A stretch of 64,000 nt of DNA from Sphingopyxis sp. (GCF_036261875.1 NZ_DATAJZ010000020.1:14299-78298); one strand, 5' to 3'; positions 1 through 12,121 are shown, counted from the first letter of the stretch. The notes: generated by a model from the letters alone, not told the origin. Numbers and translations are program-made.

Positions 1-1131
1 GACAAGCAGCTCACCGACAAGGCGACGCGCGGCGAGCCGCTGGCGCTGTCGATCGACGCGCGCGTTCAGGGCGTGCTCGAAAGCGAACTCGGCAATGCGG
101 TGACCAATCTGGAGGCGATAGGCGGCGCGGGCATCATCCTCGACGTTCACACGGGCGAGGTGCTGGCGATGACCTCGCTGCCGACCTATAATCCGAACAA
201 ACTGATCGCCGGCGATATGGCCGCGCGCCGCAACGCGGTGACCTATAATCTTTATGAGCTGGGGTCGGTCATCAAGCCGCTGTCGATCGGCGCGGCGATC
301 GACAGCGGCGTCGTGACCAGCATGGCGAAACGCTATGACGCGACCAAGCCGCTCGCGATCGCGGGATTTCATATTCGCGATTCGCACATGATGGGGCGCT
401 GGCTCAACGTGCCCGAGACGCTGATCCACAGCTCGAACATCGTGACGGCGCAGATCGCCGACCAGCTCGGCAAGGAAAAGATGGAGGCGATGTTCCGCAG
501 CATCGAATTCAACAAGCGTCCGGCCATCGAACTCAAGGAACGCGCCTTTCCGCTGTGGCCCAAGGAATGGGGCCGGCTGTCGACGATGACGACCAGCTAT
601 GGCCACGGCATTGCGGTGACGCCGCTGCATCTCGCCAATGCCTATGCCGCGCTCGTCAACGGCGGTATCTGGCGCCCCGCGACGATTGTGAAGCTCGGCG
701 ACAAGGCGCCGCCGCAGGGGCATCGCGTCTTCAAGGCGTCGACCAGCGCGCGGATGCGCCAGCTCCTTCGCCTGATCGTCTCGGACGGCACCGGCCGCCA
801 GGCCGACGCGCCGGGCTTTCGCGTCGGCGGCAAGACCGGCAGCGCCGAAAAGCCGGGCGCGGGCGGCTATCGCCGTCACTCGCTCGTCTCGACCTTCGCC
901 GCCGTGTTCCCGATGGACAATCCGCGCTACGTCGTCATCGCGATGATCGACGAGCCGAAGGGCAATGCCTTCAGCTCGGGCCAGCGTACCGCGGGCTATA
1001 CTGTTGCGCCGGTGGTCAAGAAGGTGGTGATGCGCGCGGGTCCGATGCTCGGCGTCTTCCCCGACGAAAGCCGCGACGTCGACGTGTCCGAACTGACCCC
1101 GCTGCTCTGGAAGAACGGGGAAAGCGAATAA
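1..1131 (+). CDS. ftsI: Penicillin-binding protein 3 / FtsI transpeptidase (C-terminal part, 5' end outside window)
   Basis: The frame is open from base 1 (track ORF 73..1131). It has class B PBP motifs SxxK (GSVIKP), SxN (HSSN) and KTG (GKTGS), and sits first in the dcw cluster. Confidence 0.85.
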   Translation, partial: DKQLTDKATRGEPLALSIDARVQGVLESELGNAVTNLEAIGGAGIILDVHTGEVLAMTSLPTYNPNKLIAGDMAARRNAVTYNLYELGSVIKPLSIGAAIDSGVVTSMAKRYDATKPLAIAGFHIRDSHMMGRWLNVPETLIHSSNIVTAQIADQLGKEKMEAMFRSIEFNKRPAIELKERAFPLWPKEWGRLSTMTTSYGHGIAVTPLHLANAYAALVNGGIWRPATIVKLGDKAPPQGHRVFKASTSARMRQLLRLIVSDGTGRQADAPGFRVGGKTGSAEKPGAGGYRRHSLVSTFAAVFPMDNPRYVVIAMIDEPKGNAFSSGQRTAGYTVAPVVKKVVMRAGPMLGVFPDESRDVDVSELTPLLWKNGESE

Positions 1132-2570
1132 TGCGCCTGTCCGCGCTGACAGGCGATCATGGTCTGGCAGGGGCGGACCCGGTGGTGACCGGGCTCGCTA
1201 TCGACCATCGCAAGGTCGCGCCGGGCACGATCTTCGGCGCCTTCGTCGGCGAGAGGTTCAACGGCGAGGATTTCATCCCCGCAGCCGTCGAGGCCGGCGC
1301 GATCGCCATCGTCGCGCGGCCCGAGGCGAAGGTCGAGGGCGCGGTCCATATCGCCGACGCCAACCCGCGCCGCGCCTTCGCGCATATCGCCGCGCGCTTC
1401 TTTCACCGCTTTCCCGCGACCTGCGTCGCGGTAACCGGCACCAACGGCAAGACCTCGACGGTCGAGATGACGCGTCAGCTCTGGCGCATGGCGGGCTTTC
1501 ATGCCGCGTCGATCGGCACGCTGGGCATCACGACGTCGAACGACAGTGCCGCGACCGGGCTGACGACGCCCGACATCGTCACTTTCCTGTCCAACATGTC
1601 GGGCCTCGCCGCAGAGGGTGTGACCCATGCGGCGTTCGAGGCATCGAGTCACGGCCTCGACCAGTATCGCACCGAGGGATTGCGCGTGAAGGCGGCGGCG
1701 TTCACCAACCTCAGCCACGATCATCTCGATTATCATGGCGATATGGACAGCTATATGGCCGCGAAGATGCGGCTGTTCCGCGAGGTTGTCGACGCCGACG
1801 GCACGGCCATCATCTGGAACGACGATATGTGGTCGCCCGCCGCCGAATATGCGGCGAAGCAGCGCGGCCTTCGCATGCTCACCGTCGGCACGCACGGCGA
1901 GGATTTGCGCCTTGTTTCGCGCGAGCCGACCCAGCTCGGCCAGTCGCTGCTGATCCAGGCGGGGGCGCTGGCGCAGAAGGTCACGCTGCCGCTGATCGGC
2001 GCCTATCAGGTCGCCAATGCGCTCGTCGCGGCCGGGCTGGTCATCGCGACTGGCGGCGACGTGCAGCAGACGCTCGCCAATCTCGCGCGGCTCCAGCCGG
2101 TGCGCGGGCGGCTAGAACGCGCGGCGATCACGCGTGCCGGGGCGCCCGTCTACGTCGATTATGCGCATACGCCCGATGCGATCGAAGCCGCGCTCGACGC
2201 GCTCCGCCCGCACGCCGCGGGCCGGCTGATCCTCGTCTTCGGCGCGGGCGGCGATCGCGACCAGGCGAAGCGCGCCGAAATGGGGCGGGTCGCCGCCGCC
2301 AAGGCCGATGTCCTGATCATCACCGACGACAATCCGCGCGGCGAGGATGCCGCCGCGATCCGCGCCGCCATCGCCGAAGGCGCGCCCGATGCGCAAATCA
2401 TCGGCGACCGCCGCGCCGCCATCGCTGCCGCGATGGCCGAAGCGCGCGCCGACGACATCGTCTGCATAGCGGGCAAGGGCCACGAGCAGGGCCAGATCGT
2501 CGGGCGCGGCGAGGCGATGCGCATCCTTCCCTTCGACGATGTCGCGGTCGCGCGCGAGGAGGCGGCATGA
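1131..2570 (+). CDS. murE: UDP-N-acetylmuramoyl-L-alanyl-D-glutamate--2,6-diaminopimelate ligase
   Basis: ATG 1131 overlaps the ftsI stop (TAATG). It has the Mur ligase P-loop GTNGKTS. The 5' part of track ORF 555..2570 is an out-of-frame overlap with ftsI. Confidence 0.9.
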   Translation: MRLSALTGDHGLAGADPVVTGLAIDHRKVAPGTIFGAFVGERFNGEDFIPAAVEAGAIAIVARPEAKVEGAVHIADANPRRAFAHIAARFFHRFPATCVAVTGTNGKTSTVEMTRQLWRMAGFHAASIGTLGITTSNDSAATGLTTPDIVTFLSNMSGLAAEGVTHAAFEASSHGLDQYRTEGLRVKAAAFTNLSHDHLDYHGDMDSYMAAKMRLFREVVDADGTAIIWNDDMWSPAAEYAAKQRGLRMLTVGTHGEDLRLVSREPTQLGQSLLIQAGALAQKVTLPLIGAYQVANALVAAGLVIATGGDVQQTLANLARLQPVRGRLERAAITRAGAPVYVDYAHTPDAIEAALDALRPHAAGRLILVFGAGGDRDQAKRAEMGRVAAAKADVLIITDDNPRGEDAAAIRAAIAEGAPDAQIIGDRRAAIAAAMAEARADDIVCIAGKGHEQGQIVGRGEAMRILPFDDVAVAREEAA

Positions 2571-3943
2571 ATCCGCTCTGGACCGCGCGTGCCATCGCGG
2601 CTGCTACGGGGGGCGCGGCCAGCGCCGACTTCACGGTGCAGGGCGTCGCCTTCGATTCGCGCGAAGTGACGAAGGGCGACCTGTTCATCGCGATGAAGGG
2701 CGAAGCGACCGACGGCCACAACTATATCGACAAGGCCATCGCCGCGGGCGCCGCGGGCGTCGTCTGCGAGACCGAAATCGATTTCCCGCACGTTCGCGTC
2801 GCCGACAGCGTCGCGGCGCTGAATGCGCTCGGCACCGCATCGCGCGCGCGCAGCCACGGGCGGATCATCGGCGTCACCGGATCGGCGGGCAAGACCGGGA
2901 CGAAGGAAGCACTGTTCGCCGCGCTCGATCGCTTCCGCCCCGGCAAGGCGCATCGCTCGGTCAAGAGCTACAACAACCACGTCGGCGTGCCCTTGAGCCT
3001 CGCACGGATGCCCTCGACCGCCGATTTCGGCGTGTTCGAGATGGGGATGAACCACGCGGGCGAGCTTGCCGAGCTGACCCGCATGGTGCGCCCGCACGTC
3101 GCGATCGTCACCACCATCGCGCCCGCACATATGGAATATTTCGGCAGCGAAGCGGCGATCGCCGACGCGAAGGGCGAGATTTTCGAAGGGCTGGAACCCG
3201 GCGGCACCGCGATCCTGCCGTTCGACAGCCCGCATTATGCGCGGTTGCGCGCCAAGGCGGAACAGCATGCCGCGCATGTCGTCAGCTTCGGGCTGGGCGA
3301 GGGCGCCGACGTCCGCGCGGTCGACTGGCTGCCCGACGGGCAGGGCGGTTCGCTCGTCACCGCGCAGGTGCAGGATGCGCTGCTCTGCTTCACCATCGCG
3401 CAGGCGGGCGCGCATTGGGTGTCGAATGCGCTTGCGGTGCTCGCTGCGGTGAAGGCGGTCGGCGGCGACCTGCCCGCCGCGGGGCTGGCCTTTGCCGAGA
3501 TGGGCGGGCTCGCGGGGCGCGGCGCGCGCCACCGGGTTCAGGTGCCCGGCGGCTCGATCCTCGTCATCGACGAAAGCTATAACGCCAATCCCGCCTCGAT
3601 GGCCGCGACGATCGAACAGCTCGCGGCCGAATCCGGCGAGCGCAAGGTCGCGATTCTGGGCGCGATGAAGGAGCTCGGCCCCGACGGCGAGGCCTATCAC
3701 GCCGCGCTCGCGGCTCCGCTCGTCGCGGCGGGCGTGCGGTTCGCCCTGCTTGTCGGCGAAGAGATGGCGCCGCTCGCCAAAGCGCTTGAGGGACGCATCG
3801 AATTCGAGCATGTGGCCGCCCATCCGGCCGCGACCGCGCGGCTGAAGGACTTGATCCGCCCCGGCGACGCGGTGCTGGTCAAGGGGTCGAACAGCGTTGG
3901 CCTGTCGCATGTGGTGACGGCGCTGACCAACGGGGAATATTGA
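2567..3943 (+). CDS. murF: UDP-N-acetylmuramoyl-tripeptide--D-alanyl-D-alanine ligase
   Basis: ATGA overlap with the murE stop. N-terminus MNPLWTA and P-loop [10 protein letters not shown]. Position in dcw synteny fits. Confidence 0.9.
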   Translation: MNPLWTARAIAAATGGAASADFTVQGVAFDSREVTKGDLFIAMKGEATDGHNYIDKAIAAGAAGVVCETEIDFPHVRVADSVAALNALGTASRARSHGRIIGVTGSAGKTGTKEALFAALDRFRPGKAHRSVKSYNNHVGVPLSLARMPSTADFGVFEMGMNHAGELAELTRMVRPHVAIVTTIAPAHMEYFGSEAAIADAKGEIFEGLEPGGTAILPFDSPHYARLRAKAEQHAAHVVSFGLGEGADVRAVDWLPDGQGGSLVTAQVQDALLCFTIAQAGAHWVSNALAVLAAVKAVGGDLPAAGLAFAEMGGLAGRGARHRVQVPGGSILVIDESYNANPASMAATIEQLAAESGERKVAILGAMKELGPDGEAYHAALAAPLVAAGVRFALLVGEEMAPLAKALEGRIEFEHVAAHPAATARLKDLIRPGDAVLVKGSNSVGLSHVVTALTNGEY

Positions 3944-5013
3944 TGCTATACTGGCTGGCGGAATGGCTGGGCTTTCCGGGGGCTTTGAACCTCATCCGCT
4001 ATCTGAGCTTCCGCTCGGGCGCCGCGGTGGCGACTGCGCTGATCATCGGCCTGTGGATCGGGCCGCGTTTCATCCTGATGCTGCGGATGCGGCAGGGGAA
4101 GGGGCAGCCGATCCGCGACGACGGTCCGCAAAGCCACCTCGCGAAAAAGGGCACGCCGACGATGGGCGGGCTGATGATCCTCATTTCGCTGATGATCTCC
4201 GCCCTGCTGTGGATGGACTTGTCGAACCGTTTCGTCTGGGCGTGCCTGTTCGTCACCGGCGGCTTCGCGGCGGTCGGCTTCCTCGACGATCTCGACAAGG
4301 TGACCAAGGCCAGCCATCGCGGGATTCCGGGGCGCGTGCGGCTGCTGATCGAGTTCGCGGTCGCCGCGGTCGCGGTGCTGCTGATCGTCTCGCGCACCGG
4401 TACCGACCTGTATCTGCCCTTTTTCAACGATGTTTATATCCCGCTCGGACCCTTTTACTATGTCTTCGCGATGGTGCTGATCGTCGGCTTCGGCAATGCG
4501 GTGAACCTGACCGACGGGCTCGACGGGCTCGCGACCTTTCCGGTGATGATCGCCAGCCTGACCTTCCTCGTCATCGTCTATCTGTCGGGTAACGTGAAAT
4601 TCGCGGGCTACCTCGGCATTCCACACGTGCCGGGGGCGGGCGAGCTTGCGATCTTCGCCGCCGCGATCATCGGTGCGTGCCTTGCCTTCCTGTGGTTCAA
4701 CGCGCCGCCCGCCGCTGTCTTCATGGGCGATACCGGCAGCCTCGCGCTCGGCGGCGCGCTGGCGACGGTCGCGGTGACCGCGCAGCACGAACTGGTGCTC
4801 GTCCTCGTCGGCGGGCTGTTCGTGGTCGAGGCGCTGTCGGTGATCATCCAGGTCTTCTGGTATAAAAGAACGGGCAAGCGCGTCTTCCGCATGGCGCCGA
4901 TCCATCATCATTTCGAGCAGCTCGGCTGGCCCGAATCGACCGTCGTCATCCGCTTCTGGATCGTCTCGATCGTCCTCGCGCTCGCGGGGCTCGCGACGCT
5001 CAAGCTGCGGTGA
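3943..5013 (+). CDS. mraY: Phospho-N-acetylmuramoyl-pentapeptide transferase
   Basis: [10 protein letters not shown]-terminus typical of MraY and a polytopic membrane sequence. ATG 3943 overlaps the murF stop; an alternative TTG lies at 3940. Confidence 0.9.
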   Translation: MLYWLAEWLGFPGALNLIRYLSFRSGAAVATALIIGLWIGPRFILMLRMRQGKGQPIRDDGPQSHLAKKGTPTMGGLMILISLMISALLWMDLSNRFVWACLFVTGGFAAVGFLDDLDKVTKASHRGIPGRVRLLIEFAVAAVAVLLIVSRTGTDLYLPFFNDVYIPLGPFYYVFAMVLIVGFGNAVNLTDGLDGLATFPVMIASLTFLVIVYLSGNVKFAGYLGIPHVPGAGELAIFAAAIIGACLAFLWFNAPPAAVFMGDTGSLALGGALATVAVTAQHELVLVLVGGLFVVEALSVIIQVFWYKRTGKRVFRMAPIHHHFEQLGWPESTVVIRFWIVSIVLALAGLATLKLR

Positions 5014-6332
5014 TCACCTCGCGCGCCTTTGCCGGCCGCCGCTATGCGGTGCTGGGGCTGGCGCGCTCGGGTCTGGCGACGGTCGAGACGCTCGTCGCCA
5101 GCGGCGCGGGCGTCACCGCGTGGGACAACCGTGAGGCCGCGCGTGACGAGGCGATGGCGCTGAACGCCGACATCGCCGACCCGCTCGAAATCGATCTCGT
5201 CGGCTTCGCGGGCGTCGTCGTATCGCCCGGGGTGCCGCTCAACCGCCACCCGATCGCCGCGCACGCGCGTGAGGCGCATGTCCCGGTGATCGGCGACGTC
5301 GAGCTGTTCGCCGAAGCGCGCGCTGATCTGCCGCCGCACAAGGTCGTCGGCATCACCGGCACCAACGGCAAGTCGACCGTCACCGCGCTCGTCGCCCATA
5401 TGCTGGAGAGCGCGGGGGTGCCCGCGCTGATGGGCGGCAATATCGGCCTGCCGATCCTGTCGCGCGATCCCTTGCCTGAGGGAGGCGTCTATGTGCTGGA
5501 GCTGTCGAGCTATCAGATCGACCTCGCGCACAGCCTCGCCTGCGACGTCGCGGTGCTGACCAACCTGACCCCCGACCATCTCGACCGCTACGACGGCTTC
5601 GCGGGCTATGCCGCGTCGAAGGCGCGGCTGTTTTCGCTCCAGCATAGGGATCAGGTCGCGATCGTCGCGGTCGACGACGATCCGTCGCGGATGATCGCCG
5701 GGCGCATCAACCACCGTCTCCACCGCGTCTCGGCACAGGATATCGATCCCGCCGACCAGGCGCGCTGGCCCGCGCTGCAGGGACCGCACAACGCGCAGAA
5801 CGCGGTGTGCGCGATTGCCGTCTGCCGGATGCTGGGGCTGAACGATGAAGAGATCGAGCGTGGGCTCGCCACCTATCGGGCGCTCCCGCATCGCATGGAA
5901 TGGGTCGGCGAAGCCGCTGGCGCCCGCTGGTACAACGACAGCAAGGCGACCAACGCGGCTTCCGCTGCACCGGCGCTGGCGGCTTTCCCGCCGGCGCCGG
6001 ACCAGCGTCTGCACTGGATCGCCGGGGGACAGGCCAAGGGCGACGGCCTGTCCGCCTGCCGCCCTTGGTTCGGTCATGTGAAGCGCGCCTATCTGATCGG
6101 CGAGGCGGTGGAGGCTTTCGCGGCCGAGATCGGCGATGCGATCCCGGTCGACCGGGCGGGCGACCTTGTCACCGCGGTCGCGCATGCCGCGGCGGCGGCC
6201 GAGCCCGGCGACATCGTCCTGCTCTCGCCCGCCTGCGCGTCGTTCGACCAGTTCCGGGACTATGAGCAGCGCGGCGACGCGTTCCGCGACCTCGTTCGGG
6301 CCCTGGCAGGGCGGGCATCGGGGGATGGATGA
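5010..6332 (+). CDS. murD: UDP-N-acetylmuramoylalanine--D-glutamate ligase
   Basis: GTG 5010 overlaps the mraY stop. P-loop GTNGKST. Position in dcw synteny fits. Confidence 0.9.
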   Translation: MITSRAFAGRRYAVLGLARSGLATVETLVASGAGVTAWDNREAARDEAMALNADIADPLEIDLVGFAGVVVSPGVPLNRHPIAAHAREAHVPVIGDVELFAEARADLPPHKVVGITGTNGKSTVTALVAHMLESAGVPALMGGNIGLPILSRDPLPEGGVYVLELSSYQIDLAHSLACDVAVLTNLTPDHLDRYDGFAGYAASKARLFSLQHRDQVAIVAVDDDPSRMIAGRINHRLHRVSAQDIDPADQARWPALQGPHNAQNAVCAIAVCRMLGLNDEEIERGLATYRALPHRMEWVGEAAGARWYNDSKATNAASAAPALAAFPPAPDQRLHWIAGGQAKGDGLSACRPWFGHVKRAYLIGEAVEAFAAEIGDAIPVDRAGDLVTAVAHAAAAAEPGDIVLLSPACASFDQFRDYEQRGDAFRDLVRALAGRASGDG

Positions 6333-6336
6333 GGAT

Positions 6337-7572
6337 ATGAGCGGGGGGACCGACATGAATGCGACCGAACGCCCGGTCATCGCCGCGACGACGCGGACGG
6401 CGAAGCGGCGCGGCCCGCGCCTCAGCCGCGCCGACCGCACGCCGCTCGGCCTCTGGTTCTGGGAAATCGACCGGGTGCTGCTGCTGCTCGTCTCGATGCT
6501 GATCGCGGTCGGATTGGTCGCGGTCGCGGCGGCGTCACCGGTCGCGGCGCAAAAGCTGTCGACGACGACCGCCAGCCTCGACCCGCTCTATTATTTCTAT
6601 CGCCAACTCATGTGGGTGATCGTCGGCGTGCCCGTCATGCTCGGCGTGTCGATGCTGCCCAAGGCGCAGGCGCGGCGCTTCGCCATCTATGGCACGATCA
6701 GTTTCCTTGTCCTGCTGTTCCTCGTGCCGCTGATCGGCACGTCGGTGAACGGCGCGCAGCGCTGGATCGGCAGCGGCGTCTTCCGCCTCCAGCCATCGGA
6801 ATTTCTGAAGCCCTTCTTCGCGGTGTCGCTGGCGTGGATTCTGTCGCTGCGGCTGCATGACCAGAGCCTGCCCGTCGTGCCGCTGTCCTTTGTGCTGACG
6901 GGCGTCATTGGCGTGCTGCTGATGGGCCAGCCCGACCTCGGACAGACGATCATCTTCCTCGGCACCTGGCTGGTGCTGGTGATGGTCGCGGGGCTTTCGA
7001 TGCGGATCATCGGCATTCTCGCGGCCGGCGGCTTCGCCGGGCTGGTCGTGGCCTATTTCACTTACTCGGTCGCCAACCAGCGCATCAACAGCTGGCTGTT
7101 CGGCGAGGGCGACAGCTTTCAGGAGGATCGCGCCCACGCGACGATCACCGCGGGCGGGCTGATCGGCACCGGCCCCGGCGCGGGGCTCGCCAAGTTCAAG
7201 CTGCCCGAGGCACACACCGACTATATCTTCTCGGTCATCGGCGAGGAGTTCGGGATCATCGCCTGCATCGCGATCGCGATCCTGTTTCTCGCGATCATCG
7301 TCCGCGTCCTCGTCCGCCTGCTCGACGAGGAGGATAGTTTCCAGATTCTCGCGGTTGCCGGGCTGATCGCGCAGTTCGGCGGGCAGGCAACAATCAACAT
7401 GGCGGTGAACACCCAGCTTTTCCCGTCGAAGGGCATGACCTTGCCCTTCATCAGCTATGGTGGTTCGTCCTTCATCGCGCTGTCGATCGGCATGGGTTTG
7501 CTCTTGTCGCTGACCCGGCGAAACCCCTATGCCGCGCGGGTGTCGATGACCCGCAACTGGAACAAGCGATGA
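6337..7572 (+). CDS. ftsW: SEDS-family peptidoglycan glycosyltransferase FtsW
   Basis: Polytopic membrane protein in track ORF 6136..7572. Start placed at the first ATG after the murD stop (6332); alternatives are 6325 and 6355. Confidence 0.85.
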   Translation: MSGGTDMNATERPVIAATTRTAKRRGPRLSRADRTPLGLWFWEIDRVLLLLVSMLIAVGLVAVAAASPVAAQKLSTTTASLDPLYYFYRQLMWVIVGVPVMLGVSMLPKAQARRFAIYGTISFLVLLFLVPLIGTSVNGAQRWIGSGVFRLQPSEFLKPFFAVSLAWILSLRLHDQSLPVVPLSFVLTGVIGVLLMGQPDLGQTIIFLGTWLVLVMVAGLSMRIIGILAAGGFAGLVVAYFTYSVANQRINSWLFGEGDSFQEDRAHATITAGGLIGTGPGAGLAKFKLPEAHTDYIFSVIGEEFGIIACIAIAILFLAIIVRVLVRLLDEEDSFQILAVAGLIAQFGGQATINMAVNTQLFPSKGMTLPFISYGGSSFIALSIGMGLLLSLTRRNPYAARVSMTRNWNKR

Positions 7573-8750
7573 CCGCAACGCGCCACTTTCTGCTCGCCGC
7601 CGGGGGGACCGGCGGCCATATGCTGCCCGCCTATGCCCTGGCGGGCGAATTGATTGCGCGCGGGCACCGCGTGGCGCTGGTCAGCGACGACCGCGGCCTG
7701 AAAATTCCGGGCGCGCCCGCCGAGCTTGAAACGCATGTGCTGCCCGCCGGCCGCGTCCACGGCGGCCCCGTCGGCTGGGTGAAGGCGGCGCTTGCGATCC
7801 GCAAGGGCCGCAGGCAAGCGATCGACCTGATCCGCACCTTCGACCCAGCGGTCGTCGTCGGCTTCGGCGGCTATCCCTCGCTTCCGAGCCTGCTCGCGGC
7901 GGGATCGACGAAGCGGCCGCGGGTGATCCACGAACAGAATGCGGTGCTCGGCCGCGTCAACCGGATGATGGCGCCGCGCGTCGACGCGGTCGCGGTCGCC
8001 TACCGCAATATCCAGCGCTTCCCGGCCGGGCACGAGATGAAGCTCCACATCACCGGCAATCCGGTGCGCGACGAGATTATCGCGATCCGCGAGGACGGCT
8101 TCCCGCCGCTGCCCGAGGACGGCATCTTCCGCCTGCTCGTCGTCGGCGGCAGTCTCGGTGCCACGGTGCTGAGCGACGTCGTGCCCGCCGCGATCGGGAT
8201 GCTGCCGCGCGCCTTGCTCGACCGCTTGCAGGTCGTGCAGCAGGCGCGCGAGGACGATATCGCGGCGGTGCGCGCCAAATATGCCGAACTCGGCGTCGCC
8301 GCCGAATGCGCGCCTTACATCGCCGATTTTCCCGAGCGGCTGCGCTGGGCGCACCTGGTGATCGCGCGCGCGGGCGCCTCGACCGTCGCCGAACTCGCCT
8401 GCGCCGGGCGGCCCGCGATCTTCGTTCCCTATCCGCACGCAATGGACGATCACCAGACCTATAATGTCGTCGATATGGTTCAGGCGGGCGGGGCGATTTC
8501 CTTCCAGCAGCCTGATTTCACCGCCGCCGAGGTCGCGAAGCATATCCAGCGCATGGCGCTCGAACCCGGCGCGCTCGAAGAGGCGGCCGAGCGCGCTGCG
8601 AGCTGCGGGCTGCCGCAAGCGACGCGCGACCTTGCCGACCTGGTTGAATCCTTCGCCGCGCCGCCGATGATGGACGTGATCCGCGTCGGCGCCCCGGCGC
8701 GCGCCGCCGTCGCCGGCAGCATCGCCGCTACCCGCGCGGGAGACGCCTGA
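7569..8750 (+). CDS. murG: UDP-N-acetylglucosamine--N-acetylmuramyl-(pentapeptide) pyrophosphoryl-undecaprenol GlcNAc transferase
   Basis: ATGA overlap with ftsW. N-terminal GGTGGH motif. Position in dcw synteny fits. Confidence 0.9.
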   Translation: MTATRHFLLAAGGTGGHMLPAYALAGELIARGHRVALVSDDRGLKIPGAPAELETHVLPAGRVHGGPVGWVKAALAIRKGRRQAIDLIRTFDPAVVVGFGGYPSLPSLLAAGSTKRPRVIHEQNAVLGRVNRMMAPRVDAVAVAYRNIQRFPAGHEMKLHITGNPVRDEIIAIREDGFPPLPEDGIFRLLVVGGSLGATVLSDVVPAAIGMLPRALLDRLQVVQQAREDDIAAVRAKYAELGVAAECAPYIADFPERLRWAHLVIARAGASTVAELACAGRPAIFVPYPHAMDDHQTYNVVDMVQAGGAISFQQPDFTAAEVAKHIQRMALEPGALEEAAERAASCGLPQATRDLADLVESFAAPPMMDVIRVGAPARAAVAGSIAATRAGDA

Positions 8751-10183
8751 TGCGCGGCGTCGCGACCGATATCGGCATCATCCACTTCATCGGCATCGGC
8801 GGCATCGGCATGTCGGGGATCGCCGAGGTGATGCACAATCTCGGCTATCAGGTGCAGGGCAGCGACATCGCGGATAGTTATGTTGTCGAAGGATTGCGCA
8901 AACGCGGGATCAAGGTCGCGATCGGGCATCAGGCGGCGAACGTCGATGGCGTCGCGGTCGTCGTCACCTCGACCGCGGTCAAGCGCGGCAATCCCGAGGT
9001 CGAGGCCGCGCTCGCGCACCGTATCCCCATCGTCCGCCGCGCCGAGATGCTCGCCGAACTGATGCGCCTCAAATCGACCGTCGCGGTCGCGGGGACGCAC
9101 GGCAAGACGACGACGACCAGCCTCGTCGCGGCGCTGCTCGACGCGGGCGGGGTCGACCCGACCGTGATCAACGGCGGCATCATCAACAATTACGGCTCGA
9201 ACGCGCGGCTCGGCGCGTCGGACTGGATGGTGGTCGAGGCCGATGAGAGCGACGGCAGTTTCCTGCGTCTCGACGGCACGATCGCGGTCGTCACCAACAT
9301 CGATCCCGAACATCTCGACCATTATGGCAGCTTCGATGCGATCAAGGGCGCCTTCGTCGAATTTATCGAGAATGTGCCCTTCTACGGCGCGGCGATGCTG
9401 TGTCTCGATCATCCCGAGGTGCAGGCGATCATCCCGCGCATCCGCGACCGGCGCATCGTCACTTATGGTTTCTCGGCGCAGGCCGACGTGCGCGGCACCA
9501 ATGTGACGCCCGGCCCCGACGGCAACCGCTTCGATGTCGTCGTACGCGACCGCGACGGGAACAGCCGGACGATTGCGGGCATCCACCTGCCGATGTCGGG
9601 GCGCCACAATGTCCAGAACGCGCTCGCCGCGATTGCGGTGGCGCTGCATATGGGGGTCAGCGACGACAAGATTGCGTCGGGTTTCAAGGGCTTCGCCGGG
9701 GTCAAGCGCCGCTTCACCAAGGTCGGCGAGATCGCCGCCGAGGGCGGCATCGTGACGGTGATCGACGACTATGCCCACCACCCGGTCGAAATCCGCGCCG
9801 TGCTGTCGGCGGCGCGCGAGGGCGCCGGGGCAGGGCGTGTCGTCGCGGTGGTCCAGCCGCATCGCTTCACGCGGCTGCGCGATCATATGGACGATTTTCA
9901 GCAGGCGTTCAACGACGCCGACATGGTGCTGGCGCTGCCCGTCTATGCGGCGGGCGAGAGTGCGATCGATGGCGTGTCGTCGGACGCGCTGGTCGCGGGA
10001 TTGAAGGACCGCGGGCATCGTCATGCATCGACCGTCGCGAATGCCGATGCACTGGCCGCGACGATCGGCGAGGCGATGACGTCGGGCCAGCTCGGCGCGG
10101 GCGATAAGGTCATCTGTCTCGGCGCGGGCGACATCACCAAGATCGCGGCGGGGCTGGCAGCGGCGGTGGGGGCGGAGAAATGA
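8750..10183 (+). CDS. murC: UDP-N-acetylmuramate--L-alanine ligase
   Basis: TGATG overlap with murG. Motifs GIGGIGMSG and GTHGKTTT. Confidence 0.9.
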   Translation: MRGVATDIGIIHFIGIGGIGMSGIAEVMHNLGYQVQGSDIADSYVVEGLRKRGIKVAIGHQAANVDGVAVVVTSTAVKRGNPEVEAALAHRIPIVRRAEMLAELMRLKSTVAVAGTHGKTTTTSLVAALLDAGGVDPTVINGGIINNYGSNARLGASDWMVVEADESDGSFLRLDGTIAVVTNIDPEHLDHYGSFDAIKGAFVEFIENVPFYGAAMLCLDHPEVQAIIPRIRDRRIVTYGFSAQADVRGTNVTPGPDGNRFDVVVRDRDGNSRTIAGIHLPMSGRHNVQNALAAIAVALHMGVSDDKIASGFKGFAGVKRRFTKVGEIAAEGGIVTVIDDYAHHPVEIRAVLSAAREGAGAGRVVAVVQPHRFTRLRDHMDDFQQAFNDADMVLALPVYAAGESAIDGVSSDALVAGLKDRGHRHASTVANADALAATIGEAMTSGQLGAGDKVICLGAGDITKIAAGLAAAVGAEK

Positions 10184-10203
10184 GTTTCTGCCTCTCCTTC
10201 ATC

Positions 10204-10286
10204 CCGTTCGTGTCGAGCGAAGTCGAGACACCCATCGGCCTTAGGCCTAGCCTGAGGGGCATCTCGACTTCGCTCGATGCGAACGG
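10204..10286. repeat. Family A palindromic element, copy 1 (right arm degenerate)
   Basis: Left arm CCGTTCGTGTCGAGCGAAGTCGAGACACCCATCGG is identical to the copies at 30051 and 37640. The right arm is partly diverged. It lies in the murC-murB spacer. Confidence 0.8.
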
Positions 10287-10301
10287 AAAAGGGGGGCGGT
10301 C

Positions 10302-11201
10302 ATGAACGCGACCGCGATGCTCCCCACCGTGCGTGGCAAGCTCACCCCCAACGCCCCGCTGGCGCCGCTCGTCTGGTTCAAGTCCGGCGGCCCTGCCGAT
10401 TGGCTGTTCGAGCCGAAGGACGCCGACGATCTGGCGGACTTCCTTCGCGATCTCGATCCGGCGATTCCGGTGATGGCGCTGGGCCTCGGCTCGAACCTCA
10501 TCGTCCGCGATGGTGGCTTTCCGGGCGTCGTCGTCCGGCTAGGCAAGGCGTTCGCCAAGGTCGAGGCGATCGACGCTACGACGCTGCGCTGCGGCGGCGG
10601 CGCGTCGGGCATTCTCGTGTCCTCGACCGCGCGCGACGCAGGGGTCGCGGGGCTGGAGTTTCTGCGCTCGATCCCTGGCACCGTCGGTGGCTTCGTCCGC
10701 ATGAACGGCGGCGCCTATGGCAGCGAGGTCAAGGACATATTGGTCGAGGCTGAAGTCGTCTTGCGCTCGGGCGAACGCCGGACGCTGCCGCTTGCCGACC
10801 TCGGCTACACCTATCGCCACAGCGAATTGCCCGAGGGGGCGGTGGTGATCGGCGCGACCTTCCGCGGCCGTCCCGGCGCGAGCGAAGCCATTCAGGCTGA
10901 AATGGACCGCATCGCGGCGAGCCGCGAAGCCTCGCAGCCTTTGCGATCCAAGACCGGCGGTTCGACCTTCAAGAACCCCGATGGGCACAAGGCGTGGCAG
11001 CTCGTCGACGAGGCGGGGTGCCGCGGTCTCGCCGTCGGCGGAGCGCAGGTCAGTGAGAAGCATACCAATTTCCTGATCAACACCGGCGATGCGACGAGCG
11101 CCGACATCGAGTCGCTCGGCGAGGAAGTCCGTCGCCGGGTGAAGGCGAAGAGCGGCATCGAACTGCAATGGGAAATTCAGCGCGTGGGAATCGAGAAATG
11201 A
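10302..11201 (+). CDS. murB: UDP-N-acetylenolpyruvoylglucosamine reductase
   Basis: 299-aa ORF with an FAD-binding type N-terminal region (LGLGSNLIVRD). Position in dcw synteny fits. Confidence 0.9.
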   Translation: MNATAMLPTVRGKLTPNAPLAPLVWFKSGGPADWLFEPKDADDLADFLRDLDPAIPVMALGLGSNLIVRDGGFPGVVVRLGKAFAKVEAIDATTLRCGGGASGILVSSTARDAGVAGLEFLRSIPGTVGGFVRMNGGAYGSEVKDILVEAEVVLRSGERRTLPLADLGYTYRHSELPEGAVVIGATFRGRPGASEAIQAEMDRIAASREASQPLRSKTGGSTFKNPDGHKAWQLVDEAGCRGLAVGGAQVSEKHTNFLINTGDATSADIESLGEEVRRRVKAKSGIELQWEIQRVGIEK

Positions 11202-12121
11202 GCCGGGGTCCGTGGCATGTCGCCGTCCTGATGGGCGGTTGGTCCGCCGAGCGCGAGGTGTCGCTGATGAGCGGCCGGGACATCGCCGACGCGCTTGAGA
11301 GCCGCGGCCACAGGGTCACCCGCATCGACATGGACCGCGACGTCGCGCTGCGGCTCGCCGAGGCGAAGCCCGACATCGTGTTCAATGCGCTCCATGGCGT
11401 TCCCGGCGAGGATGGGACGGTGCAGGGGATGCTCGACCTGATGGGCCTCAAATATACTCACAGCGGGCTCGTCACCTCGGTGATCGCGATCGACAAGGAA
11501 TTGACGAAGCAGGCGCTCGTGCCGCATGGTGTGCCCATGCCGACGGGGACGATGGTCGACAGCGAAAGCCTGTTTTCAGTCGATCCGCTGCCGCGCCCCT
11601 ATGTGCTGAAACCCGTCAACGAAGGTTCGTCGGTCGGGGTCGCGATCGTCAAGGACGACAGCAATTACGGCAACCCGATCGCGCGCGAAGCCGTCGGCCC
11701 GTGGCAGGAATTCGACCGGCTGCTCGCCGAACCCTTCATCAAGGGGCGCGAGCTGACCGTCGCGGTGCTCGGCGACACCGCGCTCGGCGTCACCGAACTG
11801 CGCGTCAAATCTGGCTTCTACGACTATGACGCCAAATATACCGAGGGACTGACCCAACATGTCTGTCCGGCCGAAATCCCCGCCGACATCGCGCAGCGGA
11901 TGAAGGACCTCGCGGTCCAGGCGCACCGGCTGCTCGGCTGCAAGGGCACGTCGCGATCGGATTTCCGCTGGGACGACGAGCATGGCCTGGCCGGCATCTA
12001 TCTGCTGGAGGTCAACACCCAGCCCGGCATGACGCCGTTCAGCCTCGTGCCCGAACAGGCGCGCGCGGTCGGCATCGATTATGCCGAACTCGTCGAGCGC
12101 ATCGTGGAGGAAGCCCTATGA
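11198..12121 (+). CDS. ddl: D-alanine--D-alanine ligase
   Basis: ATG 11198 overlaps the murB stop (ATGA). VAVLMGGWSAEREVSL N-terminus and ATP-grasp sequence. Confidence 0.9.
   Translation: MSRGPWHVAVLMGGWSAEREVSLMSGRDIADALESRGHRVTRIDMDRDVALRLAEAKPDIVFNALHGVPGEDGTVQGMLDLMGLKYTHSGLVTSVIAIDKELTKQALVPHGVPMPTGTMVDSESLFSVDPLPRPYVLKPVNEGSSVGVAIVKDDSNYGNPIAREAVGPWQEFDRLLAEPFIKGRELTVAVLGDTALGVTELRVKSGFYDYDAKYTEGLTQHVCPAEIPADIAQRMKDLAVQAHRLLGCKGTSRSDFRWDDEHGLAGIYLLEVNTQPGMTPFSLVPEQARAVGIDYAELVERIVEEAL

Noticed and set aside
555-1130. N-terminal extensions of track ORFs, for example 555..2570 (murE), 1829..3943 (murF), 6136.. (ftsW), 17715.. (dGTPase), 35120.. (thiG), 49154.. (fabH) and 50231.. (ihfA).
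   Set aside because: The extensions overlap the preceding gene in another frame. They are Arg/Pro-rich and are replaced by conserved N-termini at internal starts that sit at or overlap the upstream stop codon.
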